NCBI GenBank assembly: GCA_950097015.1
Contig: CATNEN010000039.1
Span: 4,402,001-4,466,000, forward strand
Length of the DNA stretch: 64,000 nucleotides
Source: Macrostomum hystrix
Lineage: Eukaryota > Animalia > Platyhelminthes
Direction: 5' to 3'
The notes under the pieces were generated by a model. The model did not search any database. It saw only the letters and a program-made list of their open reading frames with translations, and was not told the DNA's origin. The first letter of the stretch is position 1. Every line of letters starts with the position of its first letter. Positions 40,156-54,100 of the stretch are shown piece after piece. Position numbers and translations under genes: made by a program.

Positions 40156-42113
40156 CCTGCGTGTTCTAGTTCAAGACTTTTAGAAATTATCAATTAGTTT
40201 TCTACAAACAAAAAGTTACTATAAAGTTTCATTACAAAGCGTGTGGGTATATACATTTGGGTATAAGCGTGTGGGAATAGTTAAATTAAATATATATATG
40301 CTTCTTTAAATAATTCCCCAGCATGTCTTCGAAACTGCTCGAGTTTAATGCTTAAATTGTCTTGATAAACTCAGTTTTCTTGGAAAACGCTCCTAGTTTG
40401 TAAAACAGTCGTGTTTTCTTGGAAAACGCTCTAGTTTTCTTAACAAAAAGCTTCTATAATATTGCATCAAGTTTTTCTTAGAAACTTCCTTCGCTGAATG
40501 AATTGTTTAAACGTTTCGCTTGTTGTTGTTCATTTAAACGTAACTAGCAATGGTTTTTACTCCTGCTGTGTTGTATTTTTTCATTTTGTGTTCTCAACCG
40601 GTTCCAAAGTCTCCAGGCAGCAGGGCAACTCTCGCTCTATTGAGAATCTTCTGCTTTGTTTCTCCCTAACTTTAGTTCACCCGGCGAAAAATTCTGGCCT
40701 AGATCAGGAAATTCTAGTGTTGAAAATTTTGACGGGAAATATTTCTGTCTGGAACATTGCTTGCTTACAATAGTGTTGCTTTCTTTAATCGATGTCTAGC
40801 AGTCGCATATTGCCTTTGGCATGTATTTTCTAGGCTGGTTAGAAACCTATGTGTTACCTTTTGTGTCACTCGGCTGCAATGTGGAGCTTGAAATACAAGC
40901 ATTTCTAATGCATGTCAATCTTAAATAAGTAAATTATTACGCCAGTTCAATCTGTTAATTCGTTTTACTTAGCACGTTTGGCTATATTTAGCGAGGACTG
41001 CCAGCTGCGAGAGGATCACACATGTACACTAGTCAAGCTCGAGCGTGGACAAGAAAAAAACAGATTCACGTTAATAGCATTGTTTTTACTAATGTCACTT
41101 AACTGGCATTCCGCTGCATTAAGCAATTGTTGCATCGGTCGCTATAATTCAGTTAGGTTAAAAAAATTGTTGGTAGTAGCAACCAACCATTCAGTCCATG
41201 GACTGGACAGTCTTTCGATGCGCATACATTTATAGCTATTGCAGTGCAGTGGATGGCGTTGTATCAATGTAAAAACTGGGTTCCAGTGCTGACGAGTTCC
41301 GTTCCGTGTTAGAGTCCAACTAGTTGACTTTAATTGTAATTACAAACTGCTACGTTAAGTTCAAGAGCTAAGGCGCCAGAGAAGTCATAATAAGTCCTAA
41401 CTGAAGAAACGGCATGGAAAAGGCTTTTGAGTACATGCTACGGTCTCTGTAAGAATTATAATGTAAAACAAACTAGTTATAGCTGCTAACCATTACGTAA
41501 GTAATTGGTGTAACGCACAGTAAACTGCAACGACGGAATCATTGATTGGTTAGAACTGTCACAATAATCGCCACCTAATTCGATTCGATGGCTACAAAAG
41601 AATTAGGGTCGATTAGCTAGAAGTAAAGTAGCGGATTTTAATTTAGTCGTACACCGAATTCATGATTTATTAGACCCAGTGCTGCATATGCCTACAAGGT
41701 TCATCTCCATTGCTCGAACAGCTCAACCGTTTTAAAACCTGTGCTAGGTTCTCTTTTATTTTTACATTTTTTCTAGTTATCAAGAAAAAGAAAAGAAAAA
41801 GCCACTATTTTCGTTGTTTCGAATACTACCTAAGGTATTCCAGGTAGCACTCCAGTAACTCCAAACAACGAGGCTTGCTGGATCAAAGAATTTACTCTCC
41901 AAATCTGTGAGATTTCGTACAGCAGACCCCCGAGATCTAAGAGGTGGCGGTGTCTAGATAATCAACGAATCAGTGTCGTTCTATAGGCAGAAAATTCTGA
42001 GGAAGTGTGCTCGGATCGGATAGATGGAACGAAGGTGCATCATTTGAATGCTGTTTTTCCAAATTTCCTCGGATCAGAGCCTCTAAGTATAGGCAATTTT
42101 TGGAAACAAAAAA

Positions 42114-43250
42114 ATGGTGGAAAACTCTGACAAATGGATTCTCCAAGTCGACATGCTAGATTGGCGTCTCGGCCCCCATCGCAGCAGTAAAAACGCGACT
42201 TCCCCGATGCACGCCTACATCGGCTCCGAAATTGTGGCCATCGTTTACGCGTACTTTCTGCCGGTGTTAGTTGTCGTTGGCTTCCTTGGTAACGCATTCG
42301 TCGCCTATATAAATCTGAAGCGTAGGACTCCACTGACGAGACAGAATGCTTATATTGGTTGCCACGCTTTGATTAACGCAGCCTGTATGACGGTCTTCGG
42401 GATGATCGCCTGCTTCCTGAACAAGGGCCTGCCGTTACTCAGCGGCGGCACTGTTGGCTTCTTCTTCAGCGATCACGGAGATTTGGGCTGCAAGTGTTTC
42501 TACCTGATTGCTTGCCTGTGCCAGGTTCTCCCAGTTGTAGGTCTGCTGATCATGGTCCTGGATAGGACACTGTCGTTGCTGGTCCCATCCAGCATTGGTC
42601 GTTTGAGTCCTCGATTTGCTTTCGCAGCTCTGCTTGTCTCGGGCATATTGTGCATAGCTATGTGCATTCCACCAGCGGCTTTTAGCAGCCAGGTTACACT
42701 AAAGGTCAACAATGTCAGCACTCTGGCAACTGGCTGTTACTTTCAGAGCGACAATCAGGTGCTGTACATGAGCCTGGTCTGCAATCCGCCAACTGTGTTC
42801 CTACTGCTGACGCTGCTTGTGGATTTCTCGCTGCTTCTCAGCGTAATCCGAGCGGCCAAGAAGCGCAGGCAAAATCTGGCTGCTCCGAACATCAATCTAA
42901 GCGGCTCCGTTAGCGCTCTGTCGCTGTCAACGGCCGCACTATTCGTCGACCTGCCTCTGCTAGCTCTTCGCTGGGCCCTACAAATCAACATCAATAATTC
43001 AATTGCTGATTTAGTCTTAAAAAGCAGCAACACAAGAGTGCTTGCTGAGGTCATTGTGTCCATCAAGACAGTTTCAATGCTGAGCCAGTCATTCAGCCTG
43101 CCGGTGTTAATGTGCCGCAACCGCAGCTTCAGAGCCACCGTGTTCAACTGCTGCTTGATTAACTCCGAACCGACCGAAGGACCATCGGGCCACCATAGTC
43201 TCGAGATGCGCGAACCAGAAGGATGTCGCAGAGAAGCCAGCACAGCATAG
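42114..43250 (+). CDS. Intronless divergent rhodopsin-like (class A) GPCR
   Basis: About 7 hydrophobic segments, TM1 GFLGN, GCK before TM3, DRT at the DRY position, helix-8-like NRSFR. NPxxY is absent. The start codon is uncertain. Confidence 0.85.
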   Translation: MVENSDKWILQVDMLDWRLGPHRSSKNATSPMHAYIGSEIVAIVYAYFLPVLVVVGFLGNAFVAYINLKRRTPLTRQNAYIGCHALINAACMTVFGMIACFLNKGLPLLSGGTVGFFFSDHGDLGCKCFYLIACLCQVLPVVGLLIMVLDRTLSLLVPSSIGRLSPRFAFAALLVSGILCIAMCIPPAAFSSQVTLKVNNVSTLATGCYFQSDNQVLYMSLVCNPPTVFLLLTLLVDFSLLLSVIRAAKKRRQNLAAPNINLSGSVSALSLSTAALFVDLPLLALRWALQININNSIADLVLKSSNTRVLAEVIVSIKTVSMLSQSFSLPVLMCRNRSFRATVFNCCLINSEPTEGPSGHHSLEMREPEGCRREASTA

Positions 43251-43429
43251 GAATGCGAGTTAGAGCCAACAAAACCTAGCCTAGCAACATGTTAGAGGAC
43301 ATTATTGTACATGATCGCAATCTACAGTAATGTTTTTGCTAATAAAAATATATTCTTGGTATTCCCACTTTCTATAATTATAAACAAAATAATAAAGACT
43401 TCATTGACTAGAGGCGCTTTTGTAAAGGC

Positions 43430-44100
43430 TACAGGTTGCATGTGATGGACCTGTACAGCGATTCCAGGGCGTTTGTCGAGACAAGCGACGGCCCGACCGA
43501 GGACTTCAGCACAAACTCCGTCGTCCTGCAGCGCGACACCCTGGCCCCTTGCTCTTCATCATGGTCGTGGATTATGTGTTGCGCTGCTCCCTTCAAGAGG
43601 ACGACAGCTACATGCTGGTCCCACACTGAAGCTGCCGACACTCCTGCTGTTCCGCTACCTGCTCTCGCGTATGCCAACGACATCGCGCTCCTCTGTCGTG
43701 ACCCAGCTGCTGTCCAACGCGCTCTTTCCCGGCTCTGTGAGGAGGGCGCCCGAGTGGGGCTTATGGTCATCGTGCGCAAGTCAGAGGTGCTGCACGTGGG
43801 CACTGATACCGCCCGGCATTTGCGCTGGCCTGCGGAGACGTCACCGCCGTGTGGAATTCCGGTACCTCGAAACGCTAGTTATGAGCCGGGACTCCATCGT
43901 CTCTGACAGGAGGAATCAGGCCTGGCGCGCCGCGCACCTGCTCAGGAGCGTCTTCAACTCAGAGGGACGGCCTGAAGGTGCGCCTCTTCCGCGCGCCGTT
44001 AAGCCGATCCTACTGTACGGCATGGAAGCGGTGCTGATGACCGTCACACGAGAGCGAACCCTGGACGCGCTCTACAGGTCCGTGCTGCGCTACCCCTACC
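43430..44100 (+). pseudogene. Non-LTR retrotransposon reverse transcriptase fragment (RTE-like)
   Basis: VLQRDTLAP (QGD.L.P motif), LAYANDIALL (YADD motif), EFRYL and VKPILLYGME, across several frameshifts. Confidence 0.85.
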
Positions 44101-44762
44101 CCTGGGCGTGCTCTGCCCCAAAAGATTGCCGTTCAGAGACCACCTGCACCAGCCGACGGAGCGGTAGGCGCCGAGGCTAAGGGCGAACTGTGACGCTGAA
44201 TGACTGCCTTGCTGAATGTGGCTGACTTGCAATCGCTGGGTCTCAGCCCCGAGCTAGCGCGTGTGCGGAAGAGCTCATTAGCCCTTGTGTGCCTGTTTCC
44301 ATCTACGAGCGGCGCTTGTATCGTCTTAAAATTAGTTTTAAGTCGAAAATGACGTCACGCTCTGTAAGTCACCGTCTACCTTTTATAATCAAACAACTGT
44401 ATAGTTCCATCCCAATAATCAAAGACAGTCAATTTATTTCATGCTTAATGGGACATTTAACTGTTCCATTAAGCAATTTGAGATACAAAGATTCAAGCTA
44501 CAAAGGTCGGTGAGTTTTACTCGTAAATTAAATCGAAGTGAAGTGATTTTCAAGGGTATCTTATTACAAAATTCCACCTGTGATTAACCAAGTTGTTCTG
44601 GGGGTTCTCTTGCTTGCTGCAAATTATCTCTGCAACTGTCACTAAGTTGTTTTAGCTTCTTAATTTTAGTACAATCGGATCCTATTTAATCGTCTGATGA
44701 TTATTATACTCTGTAATATCTAATTACAGGATTGATTCTCCCTGTGGGTTTATGTTCAATAA

Positions 44763-45064
44763 GGTTTACTCCCGATTCGCCGAATCCCGATTCGCCGAAA
44801 TTCCCGATTCGCCGAAATTCCCGATTCGGGAATTCGGGAAATTCGGGAATTTCGGCGAATCGGGATTCGGCGAATCGGGAATTTCGGCGAATCGGGATTC
44901 GGCGAATCGGGAATTTCGGCGAATCGGGAATTTCGGCGAATCGGGAATTTCGGCGAATCGGGATTCGGCGAATCGGGAATTTCGGCGAATCGGGATTCGG
45001 TGAATCGGGAATTTCGGCGAATCGGGATTCGGCGAATCGGGAATCGGCGAATCGGGAGTAAACC
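44763..45064. mobile_element. Foldback/MULE-like non-autonomous element
   Basis: Perfect terminal inverted repeats ggtttactcccgattcgccga and tcggcgaatcgggagtaaacc. Interior made of 15/17-bp subrepeats. 9-bp TSD gttcaataa at 44754-44762 and 45065-45073. Confidence 0.9.
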
Positions 45065-46429
45065 GTTCAATAAAAGACCAATTTTATTGCTTCTTTCACG
45101 CCGAAGCGCGTTGATTCAGCTAAAAGAATCCCAGTTTAGCAATATTTACTGCGGTAGCGTTTCTCCTTGCTAAGTCCATGATCTTAGCAGCTGGGTTCTT
45201 GCTCGGCTCGAGCGGTTTGTTGCAATTGCCGATTTCGTCTCCAGTCTCACTGGGCTCCGCATGACTTATTCGCACGGCTAAATAATGAACTCTTGAACTA
45301 GCTTTCTGTCTGTATATAACTCAATCCATTATTATTTGCATTAATTGCTTTAGCTAAGAGAAGCAGGTCGCATTGTTGATTTTCCACTTTCAAACGGACG
45401 CCAATTTGTTGTAGATTGTAAATTGTAGCACAATTTATTGTCGTTGAGAAAGTGAAGTTTAAAACAAATATCGAATTGATAAAACAAACAAAACGATTTG
45501 ATAATTGGCAGTAGTTCAAATACTAGATGATAAGTCGTGATATTATGTTGATTAAAATAAAATAACACCGAATTAAATGAAGAAAACTAATTTTTTGTTT
45601 TTCAAACTATAAAAACTGCGCGCGAATCTTAATACATTGATACCGTGTGATATTACATTAGTTTTAGCAATTTTTTATGATAATTTACACGTGTTCTTAG
45701 GAACAGTGACTTGGTAGCACATCGTATTCAAACAGTTTCACTATACGAGAATAAAAATTATCTTTCGCCATGCAACAGGTACCTGAACTCAGCTAACTCA
45801 GGTATGTTATAACAAACCCGACAATTGCAACCCAACCTCAGACGACTTTACATTCGCAAATTCATGTTCACGTTAATGGTCACACTTGCATATTAGATAG
45901 ATTGACGATTGAGAACTGAGGTGAAGAGAACCTTGGTGATGACAACTTACATCAAGGTGTGAGATTCGAAATACTGGTAGCCCGCATGAGTTTAGTTCCG
46001 CTGTCATCAACCTGAGCAGTCGACTCAATCAAGCCGTTCTGAGCGGCATTGCAACTGTATCTGCTGACTGTGCCTGCCATGGGAGTGAGTGATCGTGTTT
46101 GACCCAGACTTCCTGTTTGGCATTGCCGCTTGGATAATTCAAGGACATGAGAAGATGCCCGAGGAAGGGCGATTGAAGCTCTGTGAATCTTTGAATTTCC
46201 GATAGTCTCCTAAAAGTGAAGAGGCCATTCTGTGAGATTTGAGTGCATGGTGGTAATTCTCAGTGGAGATTATTCTCAGAAAGGCTTATTTTCTGTATAG
46301 TCATTCTCAGGGGGTATCATTGTAGATTTTTTATAAATTGATTCTCCCTGTGGGTTTATGTTCAATAAGGTTTTACTTATTATCTGATGAGGATAATGAG
46401 GATGAGGGTTGAGGATTATCTGATGAGAC

Positions 46430-46478
46430 AGATAAATGATAAATGATAAATGATGATAAAATGATAAATGATAAATGA
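46430..46478. repeat. 7-bp microsatellite (gataaat)n
   Basis: About 6-7 imperfect copies. Confidence 0.8.
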
Positions 46479-48050
46479 TTTTTGATAAAAATACGAGTCT
46501 CGTATAGAGATCATTTGCATAAGAAGTGGCGGAAAGCTGGTAAATATGCTACCTCCCTGATAAATCTGAGGCAGTTTCGAATTTGAATTCACGCGCTTTA
46601 TAAACATCGTCCTTGCAACGCTATCCTCGTCTCTGTAGTTTTCTATTCTCGTCCCCGCGTGTATTTTTATTGGCTCAGCTAAACCTCCCCCCTTCTGCGC
46701 CCCACTATAAATAGCGACGTTTTTAGCCATGAGGGCGCAACCGTGGTGGCCGTGCCTGACTTATCTAGAAGCAGTGCTCTGGCCTTAATAAACGAGAAGT
46801 TTGTTCCGAGAAGCAATTTAAAACTTGTGTTGTATAATTACTTAGTTCCGCTCTTGGATCCTATAAACTCTCCCATTTCCCAAAATCCCAGGATTGTCCT
46901 CCCATTATAAGAGATTTTGCGTTCACTGGGCAATCTTAATTCATCTGAGACGCCCATAGGACTGAGGATTAACCCTGCCAGAAATACCATGCACGCAGCT
47001 AGTGTCTTACCGCTCGGACATTAGCGCTACCAGGAGTCTCCCGTAAGCGTATGAGGAAGCTCACACTGCCATTAAAACCTCCCAAATAAGATTCCCTGGC
47101 AGAGGAGAAGACGGCCCTACAACACATGCAAGTACAGCGATTCTAGCAGCGACAAAAGTAGAGCGGATGTACCTTAAATGCGCTACTAACGGGGCTATAA
47201 AAAGAATTTTTACTATAATTACAGAGTTTTAATTAAAAAAATAGATTATTTCTTCTCGCTCCAAGAAGCGAGATATTGTTATCCTAACTCTGTTATTCTG
47301 GTATTTTGTTATCCTAACTCTTTGCCACTTTAAATAGTTCTGATTAAAGCGATAGAGATTTTGAGTACTTTCTTTATTCTTGGTATTTTGTATATGAACT
47401 AGCAAAAATGCCCCCTCCCAACGAAATGAATAGAAATTCGTTGATGATGAAAAAAAATATTAATTGAACTCTATCTGAAACAATTGCACGCATTTACCCT
47501 GTGTACTCTGACTAATTAGAATAGACATTCCGTCACTTCCTGCCAAACTGCGCACCATTTTCCGGTTGGCTTTGGCTGCAGAACTCGCCAAGTCGATTCG
47601 GCTCTGTTTGTGCAACAAACAACAGTCAATTACACGCTATTAGGAAGAGCACAATTAGGAAGAAATGCACAATGCATATAAAAAAGAAGTTAAGAACTAC
47701 TAGCACCATAAGAGCTGTAATAATATGAAATATTAGAGAACTAGAGAAATTGAAAGGCATGTTACAAGTTGAACGGGACTAGCCTTTTAAATAGAAAGGT
47801 TAGAAGAAGACACATACTGTACATTCTCAGCTATGAGGTGGCGGGCAGCTCAACCCCTAACCCCACTCCCCCGTTAATGGCCAAGAAGCGCGGCCAGATG
47901 TACATTGGCAGCTCATTAAACTGCTTGGGCCTCGCGGTTGGCATAGCCGTTTTTATCGCAACCCCTCCCCTAGCCCAGGCATAACACGGCCCAGAGCAGC
48001 GACATGTCACAATAGGAAGGCGGAGAGGAGAGAGAACGAACACTGAGAGA

Positions 48051-48085
48051 GTATAAAGCAAGCAGGACTGAGCCGGTGCAGTATT
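48051..48085 (+). promoter_or_regulatory. Candidate TATA box and initiator of the EGFR-like gene
   Basis: TATAAAG at 48052, with gcagt about 27 nt downstream and about 115 nt before the ATG. Motif spacing is the only support. Confidence 0.4.
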
Positions 48086-48193
48086 AGTGCTTCAAACATT
48101 CAACTCTTCGATTCACCTTTCGTGCTAAACACAGATTAACCCGGCTGAAACACATGCTCCATCAAAGCAGATAAAGCAGCGAGTCAATCAGCC

Positions 48194-51100
48194 ATGGCCG
48201 CTCTGTACCAGCTTCTGCAGCTGCTGCTGACTGCAAGCATCTACAGCTCTGCTGCTCAACAACTGACAGCTTACAGCAAGCTGTGCAAGACACTAGAACT
48301 CACCGACATGGACTATGTCAGCCATCTGAACGCAAGTCGGCTGCATCAACGCCTGACGGAGCTTGTAGGCGGCTGTCAGTACCTGCACGGCGACCTCATC
48401 ATTAACTGGTGGGGCATTGATCGCAACTCTGGGCGAAGGCTTGGCGGCGATGTGCGCAGCATGCCCACCGACTTCTTTGACAGCCTGGTGGAGATTAGCG
48501 GCAGCCTGGTTGTCATGCAGGTATTTTATTATTATTATTTTCTTCTGTCATGCAGAAGAAATGAGACAGGAGACAGAAAACTCACGAGAGATTAGACAAG
48601 AAAGATGAGACTGGACTTTGAAATATGAAACAGTAGAGAGATGAGACAGTAGAGAGGTGAGACGGGAGAGAGATGAGACAGGAGAGAGATGAGACAGTAG
48701 AGAGATGAGACAGGAGAGAGATGAGACAGTAGAGAGATGAGACGGGAGAGAGATGAGACAGGAGAGAGATATGACAGGAGAGAGATGAGACAGTAGAGAG
48801 ATGAGACAGGAGAGAGATGAGACAGTAGAGAGATGAGACAGGAGAGAGATATGACAGGAGAGAGATATGACAGGAGAGAGATGAGACAGGATAGAGATGA
48901 GACAGGAGAGAGATGAGACAGGAGAGTGATGAGACAGTAGAGAGATGAGACAGGAGAGAGATGAGACAGTAGAGAGATGAGACAGGATAGAGATGAGACA
49001 GTAGAGAGATGAGACAGGAGAGAGATGAGACAGGAGAGAGATGAGCCAGGAGAGAGATATGACAGGAGAGAGATGAGACAGGATAGAGATGAGACAGGAG
49101 AGAGATGAGACAGGAGAGAGATGAGACAGTAGAGAGATGAGACAGGAGAGAGATGAGACAGTAGAGAGATGAGACAGTAGAGAGATGAGACAGGAGAGAG
49201 ATATGACAGGAGAGTGATGAGACAGGATAGAGATGAGACAGTAGAGAGATGAGACAGGAGAGAGATGAGACAGTAGAGAGATGAGACAGGAGAGAGATTA
49301 GAAAGGAAAGAGATATGACAGGAGAGTGATGAGACAGGAGAGAGATGAGACAGTAGAGAGATGAGACAGGAGAGAGATGAGACAGTAGAGAGATGAGACA
49401 GTAGAGAGATGAGACAGGAGAGTGATGAGACAGTAGAGAGATGAGACAGTAGAGAGATGAGACAGGAGAGAGATGAGACAGTAGAGAGATGAGACAGTAG
49501 AGAGATGAGACAGGAGAGAGATGAGACAGTAGAGAGATGAGACAGTAGAGAGATGAGACAGTAGAGAGATGAGACAGTAGAGAGATGAGACAGGAGAGAG
49601 ATGAGAAAGGAAAGAGATATGACAGGAGAGAGATGAGACAGGAGAGAGATGAGACAGTAGAGAGATGAGACAGGAGAGAGATGAGACAGTAGAGATCGAG
49701 ATGAGACAGGAGAGAGATATGACAGGAGAGTGATGAGACAGGAGAGAGATGAGACAGTAGAGAGATGAGACAGGAGAGAGATGAGACAGTAGAGAGATGA
49801 GACAGTAGAGAGATGAGACAGGAGAGTGATGAGACAGGAGAGAGATGAGACAGTAGAGAGATGAGACAGGAGAGAGATGAGACAGTAGAGAGATGAGACA
49901 GGAGAGAGATGAGACAGTAGAGAGATGAGACAGTAGAGAGGTGAGACAGTAGAGAGATGAGACAGTAGAGAGATGAGACAGTAGAGAGATGAGACAGTAG
50001 AGAGATGAGACAGTAGAGAGATGAGACAGTAGAGAGATGAGACAGTAGAGAGATGAGACAGGAGAGAGATGAGACAGTAGAGAGATGAGACAGGAGAGAG
50101 ATATGACAGGAGAGAGATGAGACAGTAGAGAGATGAGACAGTAGAGAGATGAGATAGGAGAGAGATGAGACAGGAGAGAGATGAGACAGGGAAGGTGAGT
50201 TAAGAACAGTTAAGAAGACCAGCAGGAGGAAAGGTGCCATAGCCTGGCCCACGGATTCTCGACTTCGCCACTATCCCCTCTCTCCATTCCTAGCAATAAT
50301 CCTACTAAATTCCTTTAAAAAATCCCCCAACAGGCAAACGTCGCTCGAATCGAGTTGCGAAACCTTCGCGCAATTCGCGGCTTCGGGACCAGCGACGACA
50401 AGCCGGCTATTGAGCTGGGCCAGTGTGCCCACCCCATCCAGCTGGTGCTGCCCCGCCTGGCCGCCATCGCCAAAGGCGGCGTCAGGCTCTACAGCGCCAC
50501 CGACCGCGGCCTCTACTGCCGCATTAGCCGCAGCGTAGCCTGGTCCAACCTGTTCCAGCAGCCGCTGCGTCAGCGACTCGACTATACGGGCGTCAGCGCG
50601 TGCACTCAGGACAGCAGGCAGCTGAACACCTGCGGCTCCTGCACCGCCGATGCCGATGTGGCCTGCAGTGCCGCCTGCAGCAGTGGCGCCGGCTGCTGGG
50701 CTGAAGACGCGTCAGCCTGTCAGGTGTGATGCGTGAAGCCCAGACAGTTTATCACTAGAATCTGGGACAGTTTATCACTAGAATCTAGGACAGTTTATCA
50801 CTAGAATCTAGGACAGTTTATCACTAGAATCTGGGACAGTTTATCACTAGAATCTAGGACAGTTTATCACTAGAATCTGGGACAGTTTATCACTAGAATC
50901 TGGGACAGTTTATCACTAGAATCTAGGACAGTTTATCACTAGAATCTGGGACAGTTTATCACTAGAATCTGGGACAGTTAATCACTAGAATCGAGGACAG
51001 TTTATCACTAGAATCTGGGACAGTTTATCACCAGAATCTAGGACAGTTTATCACCAGAATCTAGGACAGTATATCACTAGAATCTAGGACAGTTTATCAC

Positions 51101-54100
51101 CAGAATCTAGGACAGTTTATCACTAGAATCTAGGACAGTGTATCACAAGAATCTAGGACAGTGTATCACTAGAATCTAGGACAGTTTATCACCAGAATCT
51201 AGGACAGTTTATCACTAGAATCTAGGACAGTCTATCACCAGAATCTAGGACAGTTTATCACCAGAATCTAGGACAGTTTATCACTAGAATCTAGGACAGT
51301 TTATCACCAGAATCTAGGACAGTTTATCACTAGAATCTGGGACAGTTTATCACTAGAATCTAGGACAGTTAATCACTAGAATCTAGGACAGTTTATCACT
51401 AGAATCTGGGACAGTTTATCACCAGAATCTAGGACAGTTTATCACCAGAATCTAGGACAGTTTATCACTAGAATCTAGGACAGTTTATCACCAGAATCTA
51501 GCACAGTTTATCACTAGAATCTAGGACAGTGTATCACAAGAATCTAGGACAGTGTATCACTAGAATCTAGGACAGTTTATCACTAGAATCTGGGACAGTG
51601 TATCACCAGAATCTAGGACAGTTTATCACCAGAATCTAGGACAGTTTATCACTAGAATCTAGGACAGTTTATCACCAGAATCTAGGACAGTTTATCACTA
51701 GAATCTAGGACAGTGTATCACAAGAATCTAGGACAGTGTATCACTAGAATCTAGGACAGTTTATCACCAGAATCTAGGACAGTTTATCACTAGAATCTAG
51801 GACAGTCTATCACCAGAATCTAGGACAGTTTATCACCAGAATCTAGGACAGTTTATCACCAGAATCTAGGACAGTTTATCACCAGAATCTAGGACAGTTT
51901 ATCACTAGAATCTGGGACAGTTTATCACCAGAATCTAGGACAGTTTATCACCAGAATCTAGGACAGTTTATCACTAGAATCTAGGACAGTTTATCACTAG
52001 AATCTGGGACAGTTTATCACTAGAATCTGGGACAGTTATCACCAGAATCTAGGACAGTTTATCACAAGAATCTAGGACAGTTTATCACCAGAATCTGGGA
52101 CAGTTTATCACTAGAATCTGGGACAGTTTATCACTAGAATCTAGGACAGTTTATCACTAGAATCTAGGACAGTTTATCACCAGAATCTAGGACAGTTCAT
52201 CACAAGAATCTAGGACAGTTTATCACCAGAATCTAGGACAGTTTATCACAAGAATCTAGGACAGTTTATCACCAGAATCTAGGACAGTTTATCACCAGAA
52301 TCTAGGACAGTTTATCACAAGAATCTAGGACAGTTCATCACAAGAATCTAGGACAGTTTATCACCAGAATCTAGGACAGTTTATCACCAGAATCTAGGAC
52401 AGTTTATCACCAGAATCTAGGACAGTTCATCACAAGAATCTAGGACAGTTTATCACTAGAATCTGGGACAGTTTATCACTAGAATCTAGGACAGTTTATC
52501 ACCAGAATCTAGGACAGTTCATCACTAGAATCTAGGACAGTTTATCACCAGAATCTGGGACAGCCTGGCGCCAGAATCTAAAAAAATGCATCCCAATCCC
52601 TAATTTTCGCTTGTCCCCAGGCCTCCGGCCGCTGCCGCAAACGCTCCTGCTCCGCCTGCTACTCGAACGGCGCGGACCCCGATGCGGAGGAGTGCTGCCA
52701 CTCGGCCTGCCTCGGCGGCTGCGTCGGTCCGACAGCGCGCGACTGTTTCTCCTGCCGAGGCGTCTCCTTCAATGGCGAATGCCGTGAAACCTGCCCCAGG
52801 GAGTACTATGATACCGAGAGCGCCCGCGTTATCGAGGTCGCCGAGCCGATGGTGCAGGTAAGGCTGTCGGGACTGTCAAAAATGTTTGGGCTTGTCGAGA
52901 TGATCTTCCAGTCACGTGATGCCATTCCCGCTTTGCGTTGACCCTCAGTCACGTGATACCATTCCAGTCTTTAGTTATACTTTCAGTCACGTGATTCCAT
53001 TCCAGTCTTAAGTTATACTTTCAGTCACGTGATGCTATTCCAGTCTTGGGTTAATGATCTTTTAGTCACGTGATGTCACGGGATTCCATTCCAGTCTTTA
53101 TTTGACCTTTCAGTCACGTGATTCCATTCCAGCCTTGGGTTGACCTTTCAGTCACGGACCTTCCATTCCGCTGACCCTGAGCACACATTCACACAGGTGT
53201 GCGTGCATGCTTGGCCGCTGGTCTGATCCCCATAGTTGCTGAAGCAGCTCCAGAATCGCCAATCCTCCCCCCGCAGGTTGGCAACGTGTGCATGCGCCGC
53301 TGCCCGGCTCCCTTCGTACTGGACTCTCGCCGGCGCTACTGCCTGTCCGAGTGCCCAAATGGCGAGCTGCCGGTTGACGGCAACTGCACCGCCTGCAGCG
53401 ACACCAGCAGAGACGGCGCCGGCATCGGCTGCCGCGTCTGCGAGAGCGCGGAGCGCCGTCTTGGCGACGCTATGTCGGACACCTTCGCCAACTGCTCAGT
53501 CTGGAAGCTGAATGGCGGCTCCTTCAGTCTGGATGGCTCCGCCGTGTCGGACTCGGCTTGGAGCAGCGTCAGCTCGGCCCGGATCATCTACTCCAGCTCG
53601 GTCATTGTGACCCGCACCCAGGAGCGGGCTGCCAATCTGTCGGCTTTGCGCAGGTTCGAATTGTTCCAGATACTAATCCTTTGTTTAAGATGCTTAATCC
53701 TTTGTTCCTGATACTTAATCCTTTGTTTAAGATGCTTAATACATTGTTCCAGGTACTTAATCCTTTGTTTAAGATGCTTAATACATTGTGCCAGGTACTT
53801 AATCCTTAATTCTTGATCCTTGAACCTCTAATCCGAAATCCTGAATCCACCGATCTAAATCCCGAATCATGTGATCCAAATCCCGAATCATGTGATCCAA
53901 ATCCTGATTTCTCTGATCCAAATCCTGAATCCTCTCGTCCAGGTTGGTCTACGTCTCCGGAGAGCTGATCATCAACCAGCTGAGTGCCACTTACCTGGGC
54001 CTATCCGGTCTACGCAGTGCAAAGCGACTGTCGATTTTCAACGTTCGCGGACTTTGCCGGGCCTGGTTTCCGTCTGAACACCTGAACTCCAGCTCCATCG

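Noticed and set aside
44732-45070. ORFs over the foldback element
   Set aside because: Translations of its subrepeats.
46510-46735. Octamer (atttgcat), CCAAT-like and TATA motifs suggesting a histone or snRNA promoter
   Set aside because: No recognisable gene or snRNA follows, and such short motifs arise by chance.
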